NCBI GenBank assembly: GCA_016201865.1
Contig: JACQCA010000039.1
Span: 5,327-69,326, forward strand
Direction of reading: 5' to 3'
DNA length: 64,000 nt
Origin: Nitrospirota bacterium
GTDB lineage: Bacteria; Nitrospirota; Nitrospiria; JACQBZ01
Within the stretch, counting starts at the first letter, position 1, and every line of letters begins with the position of its first letter. The position numbers and the translations under genes were made by a program. This document shows positions 1-11,177 of the stretch, one piece after another. Under the pieces are notes generated by a model. The model saw only the letters and a list, made by a program, of their open reading frames with translations. It was not told where the DNA came from and did not search any database.

Positions 1-1736
1 TCCTTCGTTTCCCCCAATAAAACGATCCGGTCCCCTTCGTCTTGGAACCCGGGCCGGACGACCCGCGCGACATCTTCGATCAGCCCCACCATCCCGATAA
101 TCGGCGTGGGATAGATGTCCAGGCCGTTCGTCTCGTTGTAAAAGCTGACGTTCCCGCTCACCACCGGAATCTCCAATTCCCGGCAGGCGTCCGCGATCCC
201 TTCGACCGACAGCGCGAACTGCCACATCACGGCCGGTTTTTCGGGATTGCCGAAATTGAGACAGTCGGTCAGGCCGATCGGCCGGCCGCCGGCGCAGACG
301 ACGTTCCGGGCCGCTTCGCAGACCGCGATCACACCTCCCCGGTATGGGTTCAGGAGGCCGTAGGCGCCGTTTCCGCCCAGGCTCAAGACCAAGGCCTTAC
401 GCGTCTCTTTGACTCGAACAACGGCCGCCTCAAAACCCGGCGGGATCACGGTGTTGGTGCGGACCATGTGATCGTACTGTTGATACACCCAGCGCTTGCT
501 CGCGATCGTCGGCGAACGAAGCAGCGTCATCAAGGCGTCGCCGGAGTCCGACGGTTGCGGGATCAGGTCCAGTGAAATCCCCTGAACCGCGTCCAGATAG
601 GCCGGCGCCTCCATCGGCCGCTCGTAGACCGGCGCGTCGTCGGTCAAGGAGGAGACCGGAAGGTCCGCGACGATCCGGCCCTCCTCTTTGAGCACCAGCC
701 TTCGGCTGTCCGTCACGCGACCGATCACGGCCGCGTCCAGATCCCACCGGGCGCAGACGCCTAAGATCTCGCTCTCCATGCCGGGCTTTGCGACCAGCAG
801 CATCCGTTCCTGCGACTCCGAAAGCATCACCTCGTACGGGCTCATTCCCTCTTCGCGCCGGGGAACGAGGGAGAGGTCCAATTCGACGCCGGTCCCGCCC
901 CGGCCGGCCATCTCGACGGACGAGCTCGTCAATCCGGCCGCGCCCATATCCTGGATTCCGACGACCAGGCCCCGTTTCATGATCTCCAGGCAGGCCTCGA
1001 GCAGCAATTTTTCGGTGAAGGGATCGCCGACCTGAACGGTGGGCCGGCGGGCCTCGATCGATTCGTCGAAGCCTTCCGAGGCCATGGTCGCCCCGTGAAT
1101 GCCGTCCCGCCCCGTCTTGGAGCCGATATAGATGACGGTGTTTCCGACGCCGCTGGCTGAGGCCCGAAAGATCCGGTCTTTTTTTGCAATGCCCAGGCAA
1201 AAGACATTCACAAGCGGGTTCTGATTGTAGATCTCATTAAAGTAGATCTCGCCTCCGACCGTTGGAATCCCCATGCAATTCCCGTAGCCGGCGATGCCGG
1301 ATACGACGCCTTCCAAAAGGTAACGGTTTTTTGGAATTTCCATCGGTCCGAACCGCAGCGAATCCAGAAGCGCAACGGGTCTCGCCCCCATCGTGAAGAT
1401 GTCCCGAAGGATCCCGCCGACGCCGGTCGCAGCCCCCTGATACGGCTCTATAAAGGAAGGATGGTTGTGGCTTTCGATCTTGAAGACGGCCGCCAGGCCG
1501 TCCCCGATATCCACGACGCCGGCATTCTCCCCCGGCCCCTGAAGCACGCGGGCACCCGCGGTCGGAAGCTTTTTAAGGTGGACCTTCGAACTCTTGTAGC
1601 TGCAGTGCTCGCTCCACATGACGGAGAATACGCCCAATTCAAGCAGATTGGGTTCGCGGCCGAGGAAAGCGAGGATCTTTTGATACTCCTCCTGCGTCAA
1701 ACCGTGCCGTTCCGCGACATCCTGATTCATCGGCAT
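1..1736 (-). CDS. purL: Phosphoribosylformylglycinamidine synthase subunit PurL (runs off the left window edge)
   Basis: Manual translation from ATG at 1736: [50 protein letters not shown], with later ESHNHPS and IQDMGAAG motifs; absent from the ORF track because it is truncated; follows purQ. Confidence 0.97.
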   Translation of the reverse strand, partial: MPMNQDVAERHGLTQEEYQKILAFLGREPNLLELGVFSVMWSEHCSYKSSKVHLKKLPTAGARVLQGPGENAGVVDIGDGLAAVFKIESHNHPSFIEPYQGAATGVGGILRDIFTMGARPVALLDSLRFGPMEIPKNRYLLEGVVSGIAGYGNCMGIPTVGGEIYFNEIYNQNPLVNVFCLGIAKKDRIFRASASGVGNTVIYIGSKTGRDGIHGATMASEGFDESIEARRPTVQVGDPFTEKLLLEACLEIMKRGLVVGIQDMGAAGLTSSSVEMAGRGGTGVELDLSLVPRREEGMSPYEVMLSESQERMLLVAKPGMESEILGVCARWDLDAAVIGRVTDSRRLVLKEEGRIVADLPVSSLTDDAPVYERPMEAPAYLDAVQGISLDLIPQPSDSGDALMTLLRSPTIASKRWVYQQYDHMVRTNTVIPPGFEAAVVRVKETRKALVLSLGGNGAYGLLNPYRGGVIAVCEAARNVVCAGGRPIGLTDCLNFGNPEKPAVMWQFALSVEGIADACRELEIPVVSGNVSFYNETNGLDIYPTPIIGMVGLIEDVARVVRPGFQDEGDRIVLLGETK

Positions 1737-1744
1737 ACTATTCG

Positions 1745-2443
1745 TCATCGTTTCACGGCGTGTTGTTCCAGAATCGATTGGAAAATGGATCGGCCGTCCG
1801 TATTGCCGTCGAAGCCCTCCGCGCACCGCTCGGGATGCGGCATCATTCCCAGGACGTTTCGGGTTCGGTTGCAGATCCCGGCGATCGAATCCCTCGATCC
1901 ATTGGGGTTGGCTTCATCGCTGATCCGGCCGTCACTTTCACAATATCGGAAAACAACTTGATGGTTTTCTTTAAGTTCCCGGAGGGTTTCCGGATCGGCA
2001 TAATAATTGCCCTCGGCGTGGGCGATGGGAAGCTTTAAAATCCGGCCGGGCTGAACCGAAGCGGTGAACGGAGTCTGGTCGGTCTCGACGCGGACGAAGA
2101 CCTCTTTGCAGATAAATTTCAGCGACCGATTTCGAAGCATGGCACCGGGCAACAAGCCGGCCTCCAGCAGGATCTGAAAACCGTTGCAGATCCCCAACAC
2201 CGGGCCGCCGGCCGTCGCGAAGTCCCGAACGGTTTTCATGACGGGAGAGTATTGGGCGATCGCGCCCGTTCTCAGATAATCGCCGTAGGAAAATCCGCCG
2301 GGAATGACGACGGCGTCGACGCCGCGAAGGTCCGTTTCTTTATGCCAGATAAACTCGGCGGGCTGGCCCAAGAGATGTTTGAGAACGTGATAACAATCGT
2401 GATCGCAATTCGAGCCCGGGAAGACCAAGATTCCAAACCGCAT
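1745..2443 (-). CDS. purQ: FGAM synthase glutaminase subunit PurQ
   Basis: [32 protein letters not shown] motifs. Confidence 0.97.
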   Translation of the reverse strand: MRFGILVFPGSNCDHDCYHVLKHLLGQPAEFIWHKETDLRGVDAVVIPGGFSYGDYLRTGAIAQYSPVMKTVRDFATAGGPVLGICNGFQILLEAGLLPGAMLRNRSLKFICKEVFVRVETDQTPFTASVQPGRILKLPIAHAEGNYYADPETLRELKENHQVVFRYCESDGRISDEANPNGSRDSIAGICNRTRNVLGMMPHPERCAEGFDGNTDGRSIFQSILEQHAVKR

Positions 2444-2460
2444 GATCGCTCCGACGCCTA

Positions 2461-2492
2461 TTTATAGGGGCTCGCTGAGTAGATGCCCAGGG
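2461..2492 (+). repeat. Minimal (internally collapsed) copy A of the modular intergenic repeat family
   Basis: TTTATAGGGGCTCGC matches the left end and CTCGCTGAGTAGATGCCCA matches the right end (CTCGCTGGGTAGATCCCCA) of the copy at 41429-41521 read on the minus strand. Confidence 0.7.
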
Positions 2493-2506
2493 CTTACTCG
2501 TGGAAT

Positions 2507-2887
2507 CTAATCCTCGATCTTCAACAGGGTCTTGACCGTCCTGAGCAGGTCGCTGGTTTGGATCGGTTTGGGCAGATAGGCATTGGCCCCCAGTTTCATG
2601 CCTTTTTCTTTGTCCGTCTCCGTGCCCTCCGTGCTCACGATGATCACGGGAACATGGCTGTAATTCGGATCCTTTCGAACGATGCTGAGCAGTTTAAGAC
2701 CGTCCATCAAGGGCATATTGATATCGGCCAGGATCAGATTGAATTTGTTCTCGGAAAGTTTTTTCAAGGCCTCGACCCCGTTCCCGGCCTCGATGATCTT
2801 GGCTCCGCGGATCCGCTTCAGGCTGAACGAAATCAACTGGCGCATCGTGGGCGAATCCTCCACCACCAAGAAATTATACTCGGCCAT
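2507..2887 (-). CDS. cheY: Single-domain response regulator (CheY-like)
   Basis: VVEDS, ADINMP, YLPKP receiver motifs; last gene of the che cluster. Confidence 0.85.
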   Translation of the reverse strand: MAEYNFLVVEDSPTMRQLISFSLKRIRGAKIIEAGNGVEALKKLSENKFNLILADINMPLMDGLKLLSIVRKDPNYSHVPVIIVSTEGTETDKEKGMKLGANAYLPKPIQTSDLLRTVKTLLKIED

Positions 2888-2899
2888 ACAACCCCCTAA

Positions 2900-3736
2900 T
2901 CAGCTCTTCCCGCTTAGAAGATCGATAAAGCTCTGGATCGTGGACAGTTTCCGCTCCGACACCGAGTAGAGTTTGGAGCTGAAGATGGCCGTGGCGGCGT
3001 GACCGGCCAGCATGGAAAACAGCTCGTAATCCACCCGGCTCAGCTTCTTGCTTTTCTGCTCCAGGAGCGAAAAGATCGCCAGCACGCCGATGATCCGCTC
3101 CTTGATCTTCAGCGGGATGCAAACGACGGGGTCCAGGTCGTGGGCCGGTTTGAAACCTTCGGCATCGGGTTCGATATAACTTTCGCCCGTCCGGGCCACA
3201 TCCCCGATGATCCCCTCGCCCACCTTGATCTTTCTCATGCGCTTTTCATCCATCCCCTCGGTCAGGACCGCGGTTAATTCGTTCGTGACTTCATCTAAAA
3301 CCATGATCGCAAAACGGTCGGCGCCCACCAGATTGATCACGATTTCCTGGAGGATCCTCAGCACTTCTTTGAAATCCAGCGTCGAATGAAGCTGATAACT
3401 GGCGACATAGAGGTTGGCCAGATTGTTGTTCTCCTCCTCTACCTCGACGTATTTCGCCGCAAAATCCTTATTCTCGGCCTCGACCTCCTTGAAACGGTCC
3501 AGGAGGGCCCGTTTCTCTTCCTGAAGCTGTCTCAACACCTCCTGGAGTTCGCTCACGGGGCTTCCCTGGAGTCCTTTTTTGACCGCTTTGGCCTCCTCCT
3601 CCAACTGCACGATTTTGTAACGGAGGCGTTCGTTCTCCTTCAGAAGATCCTGGGTAAACTCCTCGCCCTTCTTGAAGATCTCCAGGAACTCCCGGGTCTT
3701 TTTAAACAAGTCCGTTACGATCTCAGGTTTTTCCAT
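2900..3736 (-). CDS. Coiled-coil plus GAF domain protein
   Basis: N-terminal heptad-rich helix; GEGIIGDVARTGE and CIPLKIKERIIGVL GAF signature. Confidence 0.85.
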   Translation of the reverse strand: MEKPEIVTDLFKKTREFLEIFKKGEEFTQDLLKENERLRYKIVQLEEEAKAVKKGLQGSPVSELQEVLRQLQEEKRALLDRFKEVEAENKDFAAKYVEVEEENNNLANLYVASYQLHSTLDFKEVLRILQEIVINLVGADRFAIMVLDEVTNELTAVLTEGMDEKRMRKIKVGEGIIGDVARTGESYIEPDAEGFKPAHDLDPVVCIPLKIKERIIGVLAIFSLLEQKSKKLSRVDYELFSMLAGHAATAIFSSKLYSVSERKLSTIQSFIDLLSGKS

Positions 3737-3761
3737 CAGGGTCCCTTTTCAAGACGTTTTC

Positions 3762-3790
3762 ATGATACCATGTTTTCAAAAACGGGACAA
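3762..3790 (-). promoter_or_regulatory. Putative internal sigma70 promoter for GAF-cheY-purQ-purL
   Basis: Minus strand TTGTCC-17 nt-TATCAT with TG extension. Confidence 0.5.
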
Positions 3791-3822
3791 GGGGGAGCGC
3801 CGCCCGCTTTCCGCAATCGGGA

Positions 3823-4875
3823 TCAGTAACATTTCCGGATCACCTCGCGCGGAATCTGATGCAAAGGAAGGATCTGATCCACCGCACCGATACTGATCGC
3901 CTCCTTCGGCATTCCGAAGACGACGGAGGTCTCCTCCGCTTCGGCGATCGTCGCCCCGCCCTTTTCCTTAATCGCCTTCATCCCCATCTTGCCGTCCGAA
4001 CCCATCCCGGTCAAGAGTATTCCCAAGACTTTCTCTTTATAGAGTTCGGCCGCCGAGGTCATCAGCCGGTCCACGGACGGCGTATATTTATCGGCATCCA
4101 CCTTGGGTTTCAGATCGATCCGGACTTTATTCTCCGCCGACCGAATCATCATGTGGTGGCCGCCCGGGGCGATGTAGACCTTGCCCGTTTCCAACAAATC
4201 GCCGACCTCGCCCTCCTTGACGGGAAGCTTGGCCGATTTGTTCAGTCGCTCCGCAAAATACTGCGTGAAACCGGGCGGCATATGCTGGACCACCAGCACG
4301 GCCGCCGGAAAATCCTTGGGCAATTGGGTCAGAATCGACTGGATGGCGGGCGGGCCGCCGGTCGAGGCTCCGATCGCCACCAATTGCACGGCATCCAGGC
4401 GAGGACGACTCCTCGGAGCGGCCGTCACGGCCGCCTCGTCTTGGACCCGTGATTGATATTTAAGCCGGAGCTTTTCGGGCGGAATTGAAGCGGCCGTCTC
4501 GACCTTCGACACCAGTTCGGCCCGAAGATCCATGATTTCCAAGGAGGCCTGCTGGGTCGGCTTGCCCAGGAAGTCTGCCGCCCCCATTTCAAGCGCCTTA
4601 AAGACATTGCTGCTTTCGGATCGGGAGCTGATGACGACCACCGGGATCGGCTCATTCGCCATCAGCCAACGCAGGAAGGTAAAGCCGTCCATCGTCGGCA
4701 TTTCAAGATCGAGGGTGATGACGTCCGGTTTGGAACGGCTGATGAAACGAATCGCCTCGCTCCCGTTCGGAACCGTTCCGATGACCTCAAAGCGGGGGAC
4801 GGCCTTCAAGAACCCGGCAATCGTCTGGCGATAGAAGGCCGAATCATCAATGATCAATACCTTGATTCGATTCAT
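3823..4875 (-). CDS. cheB: Chemotaxis response regulator methylesterase CheB
   Basis: N-terminal REC; GASTGG, QHMP, LTGMGSDG catalytic Ser-His-Asp motifs. Confidence 0.96.
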   Translation of the reverse strand: MNRIKVLIIDDSAFYRQTIAGFLKAVPRFEVIGTVPNGSEAIRFISRSKPDVITLDLEMPTMDGFTFLRWLMANEPIPVVVISSRSESSNVFKALEMGAADFLGKPTQQASLEIMDLRAELVSKVETAASIPPEKLRLKYQSRVQDEAAVTAAPRSRPRLDAVQLVAIGASTGGPPAIQSILTQLPKDFPAAVLVVQHMPPGFTQYFAERLNKSAKLPVKEGEVGDLLETGKVYIAPGGHHMMIRSAENKVRIDLKPKVDADKYTPSVDRLMTSAAELYKEKVLGILLTGMGSDGKMGMKAIKEKGGATIAEAEETSVVFGMPKEAISIGAVDQILPLHQIPREVIRKCY

Positions 4876-4878
4876 CGG

Positions 4879-5766
4879 TCACCTCTCGGCATCGGCAAGA
4901 ACCGGACTTTGATTCAACTTTTGATAGACCATATCATGCTTCAGATGACGAAGCGCATAGGCCGCGGAGATGTTGATCAGGGACTCGGAATGTCCCAGGA
5001 GAAGAAATCCCTGGTCCTTCAGCTTATGGTGAAACATCTCAACCACCTTCCGCTTCGTCGGTAAATCAAAATAGATGATCACGTTTCGGCAAAAGATGAC
5101 GTCCATGGGATTAATGAAAGCCAATTTGGAGCTGTCCAGGAGATTGAGATGGAGAAAGACGACATTTTTCTTGATCTCATCCGAGATCCGATGGGCGTTT
5201 TCTTCCTTTTTAAAATATTTCGCCACGTATCGGGGATCGGTGGAACGAAAGGCGGTCGGTTGATAAATACCGCGCCGAGCCGATTGGAGCACGCGTTGAC
5301 TAATATCCGTGGCAAAGATCTCGATCGTCCAGTCCCGGAATTCCGCTTTTTCGTGAAGCAGCATCGAGATCGTATACGGCTCTTCCCCCGTCGAACAGCC
5401 GGCGCTCCAGATCCGCAACGATTTGTTTTGGTTCTTTTTCGACGCAATTTCGGGTAGGATTTCTTCCGAGAAGGACTTCAACTGTTGCTCCTCCCGAAAG
5501 AAATAGGTTTCATGGATGCTCAACAGATCGATGACACTGGCCAGCTCTTCGTCTTTCTTGCGGTCATACTTCAGATAAAAGTAGTAATCCCGGTAGCTGT
5601 CAAACTGCAGTCGTTGGACGCTGTGCAACAACCGATTCTCGACGAAATACTTCGCGCGTTCGTCCAAGACGATTCCGCTCTGTTCATACATCAGATCTCG
5701 GAAGAGGTGGAAGATGTCGTCGGAAAGCTCTAAGGATTTGTTTTGAGTCATCGTCGGATACGGCAT
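4879..5766 (-). CDS. cheR: Chemotaxis methyltransferase CheR
   Basis: ETYFFRE, WSAGCSTGEEPY, FCRNVIIYFD, GHSE. Confidence 0.96.
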   Translation of the reverse strand: MPYPTMTQNKSLELSDDIFHLFRDLMYEQSGIVLDERAKYFVENRLLHSVQRLQFDSYRDYYFYLKYDRKKDEELASVIDLLSIHETYFFREEQQLKSFSEEILPEIASKKNQNKSLRIWSAGCSTGEEPYTISMLLHEKAEFRDWTIEIFATDISQRVLQSARRGIYQPTAFRSTDPRYVAKYFKKEENAHRISDEIKKNVVFLHLNLLDSSKLAFINPMDVIFCRNVIIYFDLPTKRKVVEMFHHKLKDQGFLLLGHSESLINISAAYALRHLKHDMVYQKLNQSPVLADAER

Positions 5767-5774
5767 CGGGTCAT

Positions 5775-7799
5775 TTAGGGTTCATCCGTGAATCGGGCCA
5801 GGGCAAACCGCGCGGACTGTTGCACCAACCGATCCGGGTCGTCCTGGGCCATTCGTTCGAGGGATTCGCGGGCCGATAGATCCTTGAGCTTTCCGAGCGC
5901 CTGCGCCGCGGTCGCGCGGATCCCCCAATTTTTATGCTCCAGGAAAACCTGAATTCTGCGCGCAATTCCCGTGTCGCCGATCTCTCCCAGGACGGCGATC
6001 GCCGACTTCACGACATCCGGGTCATGGCTCGCCGCCATCTCAAAGATCGGAGGGACCAATCGCCCGTCTTTAAATTTTCCCAACGCTTCCATCACGGCAA
6101 TCTGTACCACGCCCACTTTATCCTTCAACATTCCCAGCAACAACGTCTTGACCGTCTCGTCTTTTCTCTCTCCCAATTCCCGGGCGACCGCCGACCGGAC
6201 CCAGATGTTGTCGTCGGTCAACAGGGGATCGATCTGTTTTAAGAAGTCGATTTCGCGGTGTCTCCCCGCAGCCGTCAATGCGGTCAGCCGGACTGTCGGA
6301 TCTTCATCGGCCAGGGCCAGAACCAACAGGTGCGCCACCTCCGGCCCTTCGAATTCGCTCAAGGCCTCGACCGCCGACCGCCGGACGGTCGGGTCTTCAT
6401 CCTTCAAACAGAAGGCGAGCTTCGGCAGGGCTTCCGCCGCTTTCATTTTACCGATCACTTTGATCGCATTGCACCGAAGCGCCGGTTTGTCGCTCTCAAG
6501 GAGTTCGATCAATCGGGCCACAACGACCGGGTTCTTCAACAAGCCCAAGGCCTGGATGGCGCTTTCCTGAACACTGACATATTGATCCGCTAAAAGGTCT
6601 ACGATGGCCTTGGCCGAAGACGGATCTTGGATCCGGCCGAGGGCCAGGGCCGCTGTTTGACGCACATGCCCGTTCGGGTCGTTCAAAAGGCGGATCAAGG
6701 CATTCACGGATCGGCGATCCCCGATCTCCCCGAAGACCCTGGCGATTCCCTCCCGGGTGACCTCGGCGGCCGCGGCCAGCTCCTGCAACAAGACATCCGC
6801 CGCCCCCTGTTTCATGCGGATCAGGGCCTTGACGGCGTCTTCACAAAGCGGGCTGTCGATCATCTTAACGACGCGGCTCGCCGCCGTCGCATCCCCCATC
6901 CAGCCCAGCGCCTTCACCGCCGCGAGCCTTACCTTTTCATCCGATTGATCCAAGGCCTCCAGCAAAAAAATCGCCGCTTTTTTATCATACGCCTGTCGTA
7001 AACGGTCCGTAACGCCCCTCTGATGCTCCGGAGGGATCCTCTCATAGTGATCCACAAGCGCCTTAAGCGCGGACTCCTTGACCTTTTGACTCCCTTCCTG
7101 CAAGGCCGTCAGGATCGGCGCAACGACCGCCGGATTTGCAAAGGTTCCGAGGGCCTCCAGCGCCCCCCGTTCCAGGCCTTTTTTGTTCGCGATCCGGATG
7201 ATCGGACCCACGGCCCGTTCGTCTCCGATCCGCTCCAATGCTTTGACCGCCGTGAAGCGGATCAGGGGATTTTCGGTTTGCAGCAGAGGGATTAAGACCT
7301 CGACGGCTCGAACATCCCGGAGCTTGCCCAACGCCTCGATCGCCGCGCCTCTCACATTTTCATCGACATCGTTCAGCGCCATGATCAGCTCTTGGACGGC
7401 CTGCTTATCCCCGATTTCGCCCAGGATCTCGATCAGGATCTTTTTGACGTCCTTATCGGCCATTCGAAGATGCGTCAACAACAGCGGCAGTCCGACCCTG
7501 CCGATCTGGATCAACGACTCTTCCGCCGCATTCCGTTTTCCTACATTGCCTTCCAGATAGAGCACCTGGATCAACTGTTCCGCCAGATGTTCGTTTTGCT
7601 CCCGGTTCGTCACGGCGATGACGGCCGTCTTGCGGACGCGCCATTCCGGATCGCCCAGCATCTCGATCAAATACGTCACGAACCGCGGGTCTTTCAGCAG
7701 GGCCAACTTTTCGACCGCATGCAGACGGACTTCCGGATTCCCGTCCTGAAGTTCTTTGAGGATCTGCTGGGTCTCTTTCTCCATACGTTCTCCCGTCAC
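5775..7799 (-). CDS. HEAT/PBS-lyase-like repeat protein
   Basis: Many ~31-aa repeats of the type LxDxDxxVRxxAxxALGxI; start could be the ATG at 7784. Confidence 0.9.
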   Translation of the reverse strand: MTGERMEKETQQILKELQDGNPEVRLHAVEKLALLKDPRFVTYLIEMLGDPEWRVRKTAVIAVTNREQNEHLAEQLIQVLYLEGNVGKRNAAEESLIQIGRVGLPLLLTHLRMADKDVKKILIEILGEIGDKQAVQELIMALNDVDENVRGAAIEALGKLRDVRAVEVLIPLLQTENPLIRFTAVKALERIGDERAVGPIIRIANKKGLERGALEALGTFANPAVVAPILTALQEGSQKVKESALKALVDHYERIPPEHQRGVTDRLRQAYDKKAAIFLLEALDQSDEKVRLAAVKALGWMGDATAASRVVKMIDSPLCEDAVKALIRMKQGAADVLLQELAAAAEVTREGIARVFGEIGDRRSVNALIRLLNDPNGHVRQTAALALGRIQDPSSAKAIVDLLADQYVSVQESAIQALGLLKNPVVVARLIELLESDKPALRCNAIKVIGKMKAAEALPKLAFCLKDEDPTVRRSAVEALSEFEGPEVAHLLVLALADEDPTVRLTALTAAGRHREIDFLKQIDPLLTDDNIWVRSAVARELGERKDETVKTLLLGMLKDKVGVVQIAVMEALGKFKDGRLVPPIFEMAASHDPDVVKSAIAVLGEIGDTGIARRIQVFLEHKNWGIRATAAQALGKLKDLSARESLERMAQDDPDRLVQQSARFALARFTDEP

Positions 7800-7805
7800 T
7801 CCGGA

Positions 7806-8864
7806 TCAGGCCCGTCGCTGCATTTCGGCTTTTCGCTTCTCGATAAAATCGTCAATGGCTTCTCGATAATAATCCGTGGACACGACGATTGCGGAAGGAA
7901 CGCGGCTCTCATACAGTTTCTTCCCTTCATCGATTTCTTCATGAAGGACTTCATAAAAGGTGCCGTTACGAATCCCCTCTTCAATCGCCCTTTGATTGTA
8001 AAGCGCAATATCCGATATGATGATCCGGGCCAGCCGTTTGGCCGTCTCATGCGCCGCCGGATCTTCGACTCTCTTCGGCTTCGGCGGTGGTTTTTTCAAA
8101 TCCTCCGCGGGCGCTTTTTCGACGGTCGTTTTCCCTTCCTTCTCCAGCAGATCCTCAAACACGCCGTCCAGGGTCATGGCCGGCTCACTCGGACCGGATG
8201 AACGCGGTTGAGTCGCCGTCGCCGTACGGATCGGCGATTGGGGCGGCGGCTCGGCCGCCGTCCGGACCGTTTCGGTCGGCGGGGCCGTCTCCGGGATCGG
8301 ACGGCTTCGGGTCCCAAGGATCCGATGGATTTTCGACAGGAGTTGATCCTGAATATGATGGCGTTCGACATAGTCGTCGGCCCCGTACAGCGAGTCCGGT
8401 TCTCGTTTATACCGGGTCTTATCATAGATCGACGCCAAGAGGATGACGCCGATCTCTTTTAGATCGCTGCGTTTCCGAATGAGCTCGGCGATTTCGAAAC
8501 CGTGGATCTCCGGAAAGCCGACGTCTACAATGAGAACGGCCGGTCTTTCCTTTTCCAGCCGGGTCATGATGTCTTGTCCCGGACCGACCGTCACCCATTC
8601 AAAACCTTCGGTCGTCAAGACCTCCCGGATCATCTCATTGCTGGCCTCTCCCTCCACCGCCGCCATCACCCGTTTCTCATTCAACGCCGGCGAGGACGGA
8701 CGAGACCCGGAGGCCGCGCCGGCCGTCGGAGCGGAATCGAGACCGACCACCAGAGAAACCCGGAGGGCGGCTTGACAGACGGCGCAGGTCATTTGAACAT
8801 CTTTTCGCAGCGGGATCTGTTCGAGTTGAAGAACATTCTGACATTTCGGACAAATGGCCGACAT
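7806..8864 (-). CDS. Zinc-ribbon / atypical receiver / Pro-rich linker / C-terminal helical domain protein
   Basis: CPKC and CAVC; IVDVG receiver-like core; C-terminal AKRLARIIISDIALYN block. Confidence 0.8.
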   Translation of the reverse strand: MSAICPKCQNVLQLEQIPLRKDVQMTCAVCQAALRVSLVVGLDSAPTAGAASGSRPSSPALNEKRVMAAVEGEASNEMIREVLTTEGFEWVTVGPGQDIMTRLEKERPAVLIVDVGFPEIHGFEIAELIRKRSDLKEIGVILLASIYDKTRYKREPDSLYGADDYVERHHIQDQLLSKIHRILGTRSRPIPETAPPTETVRTAAEPPPQSPIRTATATQPRSSGPSEPAMTLDGVFEDLLEKEGKTTVEKAPAEDLKKPPPKPKRVEDPAAHETAKRLARIIISDIALYNQRAIEEGIRNGTFYEVLHEEIDEGKKLYESRVPSAIVVSTDYYREAIDDFIEKRKAEMQRRA

Positions 8865-8891
8865 TCGTATTCTCCTTAAAAACCTTGCGCG

Positions 8892-11174
8892 TTACAGTTT
8901 AAATTTATCGATCTCGGCCGAAAGCCGCGTGGCCTGTTTCATCAATTCCTCAACCGCCCTGCCCGCTTTTCCGATCGTGTCCACATTTTGCTCCACCACC
9001 GCCTTGATCCGAGCCACGGCCTTTAAGATATGGGCGCCTTCCTCGGCTTGCTGACCGGTGGTCTGCGCAATTTCCTTCACCTGGCGGCTTACCCGCTCGA
9101 CGATTTCGTTGATCTGCTTATTGCCGATCGACTGTTCCTGCGTGGCATTTTTCACCTTGGACGCAACGTCCTTCATTTTTTCGGTCGAACTGATGATCAG
9201 CTCGGATCCCTTAAACTGCTCATGGGTCGCATGGGCGATCTGCTGAACCATATCGGTCACGTGTTGCATGGAGTCCGCAACATGCTTGACGCCCAAGGTC
9301 TGTTCCTCCGTCGCGCGCGCGATTTCCTGAATGCGATCGGTCGACTGTTTCGAGCTTTCCAGGATCTTCTCCAGCGCCGACCCGGCTTCGCCGGCCAGAT
9401 GAACGCCCTCCGCAACGCTTTTCGTTCCCCGACTGATCGCCAGCACGGCATTTTTGCTTTCATCCTGCAAGGCTCGAATGATCTCATGGATCTCATTCGT
9501 CGAGGTGGCCGTTCGATCCGCCAGTTCCTTGATTTCCTGGGCCACCACCGCAAAACTCCTGCCGTGTTCGCCGGCCTGGGCCGCGATGATGGCGGCATTG
9601 AGGGCCAACAGGTTGGTCTGTTCGGCCACTTCGTCGATCACGTTCAGGATCTTGCCGATGCTTTCGGTTCGGGTCTTCAGATTCTGGATCACGGCGTTGA
9701 CCTGTTGAGAATATTCCTGAATCCTGCCGATGCCCTGGATCGTCATTTCGGTGGCCCGGCGGCCGCGCTCCGCATCCTCCGTCACCCCTTTGGACAACTG
9801 AACCGTATCCATGACGTTCGAACGGATCTGCTTGATCGACATATCCATCTCGGACATCGCGGCCGCCGTGTCCTCGGCCGCTTTATTGAGACTGACGACA
9901 CTCTCATCGACCTGTTTCACGGAAGACGACATCTCGAGGATGGACGCCGTCGAGTCTTCCACACCCGATGATAGGACCGCCGCGCTGCGCGCGATTTCAT
10001 CGATCGAGGACGACATCTGCAGGATCGCGATTGCGGTTTCCTCCGCCAGCGCCGACAACGCCTCGGCATTCGCCGCCACGCGATGGATCGAGGCGTTCAC
10101 AGCCTCGACCGCCCCCGCGGTGGTCTCGACGGACTGCATCTGGATCTTCGAGCCCTCTTCGATCTGTTGTGTCCCGATCAGCACCTCCTGAGAAACGGTT
10201 TTGACTTGTTTTGAGGTCCGTGAGACTTGAGCGATGATCCGATGGAGTGTCTCGATGAATTTATTGAACCACCGCGCCACATCCCCGATCTCGTCCTGAT
10301 AATTCACCGCGATCCGGGCGGTCAGGTCTCCTTCTCCTTCGGCGATGTCCTTCACGCAACCGACCACGTTATTCACGGGCGTTAAAACGACGCGTCTCAT
10401 CAAAAATCGAAGAAACGCGATGAGAACCGCCACCGTCGTCAGAGAAGCCAGAAAAAGATACCATTGGCTCTGTTTCAATGCGGCATTCATTCCTTCCAGG
10501 GATGTCGAAATCATCAAGACGCCTCGAAGCCGATGCTCCGCTCCGTGACACAAGGCGCATTTGGGAAAATTGGGGAGCGGCCTCAGATACGTCATGACCG
10601 AAACCCCGTCGATCTCTTCTGAATAAACGGCGTCCAGCAGTCCCCGCTTTAGGGCGTCTTCCTGGGTGCCGGCCAAGGCGGTGTCGCTCAAAACCCGAAC
10701 GGTCTGATCGAGATAATTCCTAAACTCGGGGTTGTCCGTTCCGGAGGCCGTGTTCATCTTCAGATCCGGATGGTCCCGTTCCCACTCCGGTTTGTACAAG
10801 GTGGAAATTCTTTTCTTGACGTCGTCCAGCGTTTTAAAATCCATAAAGGCCTTATCCCGGCCCCGGCCCTCGCCGACATACGCGGCGTCCCCGCGCACGA
10901 TCTGGATGCGTTTAATGCCCTCTAACTTTTTCAGATCCTCCATCAGAAACCGCACAACGTCCGCTCGGAAGGCCATCATGTCGCGGTCCAGCGTTTCATG
11001 GATGGTGTCCGCCACCAGTTTGGACTTCTCGCGTTCATCCCCGATAAAATTTTTCCTTTCCTTCGACGACATAATGAAGAAGATTCCGGTAAAACTGATG
11101 ATTAAAACGATGAGAATCAGCGAGAGGATCTTGTATTCCAGACGCCGCACGATGAAGTCGAAAAGGGATCTCAT
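8892..11174 (-). CDS. Methyl-accepting chemotaxis protein with periplasmic c-type haem motif
   Basis: Two TM segments, CALCH just before TM2, HAMP (DEIG), [34 protein letters not shown] tip, elongated cytoplasmic coiled coil. Confidence 0.93.
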   Translation of the reverse strand: MRSLFDFIVRRLEYKILSLILIVLIISFTGIFFIMSSKERKNFIGDEREKSKLVADTIHETLDRDMMAFRADVVRFLMEDLKKLEGIKRIQIVRGDAAYVGEGRGRDKAFMDFKTLDDVKKRISTLYKPEWERDHPDLKMNTASGTDNPEFRNYLDQTVRVLSDTALAGTQEDALKRGLLDAVYSEEIDGVSVMTYLRPLPNFPKCALCHGAEHRLRGVLMISTSLEGMNAALKQSQWYLFLASLTTVAVLIAFLRFLMRRVVLTPVNNVVGCVKDIAEGEGDLTARIAVNYQDEIGDVARWFNKFIETLHRIIAQVSRTSKQVKTVSQEVLIGTQQIEEGSKIQMQSVETTAGAVEAVNASIHRVAANAEALSALAEETAIAILQMSSSIDEIARSAAVLSSGVEDSTASILEMSSSVKQVDESVVSLNKAAEDTAAAMSEMDMSIKQIRSNVMDTVQLSKGVTEDAERGRRATEMTIQGIGRIQEYSQQVNAVIQNLKTRTESIGKILNVIDEVAEQTNLLALNAAIIAAQAGEHGRSFAVVAQEIKELADRTATSTNEIHEIIRALQDESKNAVLAISRGTKSVAEGVHLAGEAGSALEKILESSKQSTDRIQEIARATEEQTLGVKHVADSMQHVTDMVQQIAHATHEQFKGSELIISSTEKMKDVASKVKNATQEQSIGNKQINEIVERVSRQVKEIAQTTGQQAEEGAHILKAVARIKAVVEQNVDTIGKAGRAVEELMKQATRLSAEIDKFKL

Positions 11175-11177
11175 CCG

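Noticed and set aside
430-1200. 256-aa minus-strand track ORF
   Set aside because: Out-of-frame overlap with purL, which the track missed because it is truncated by the window edge
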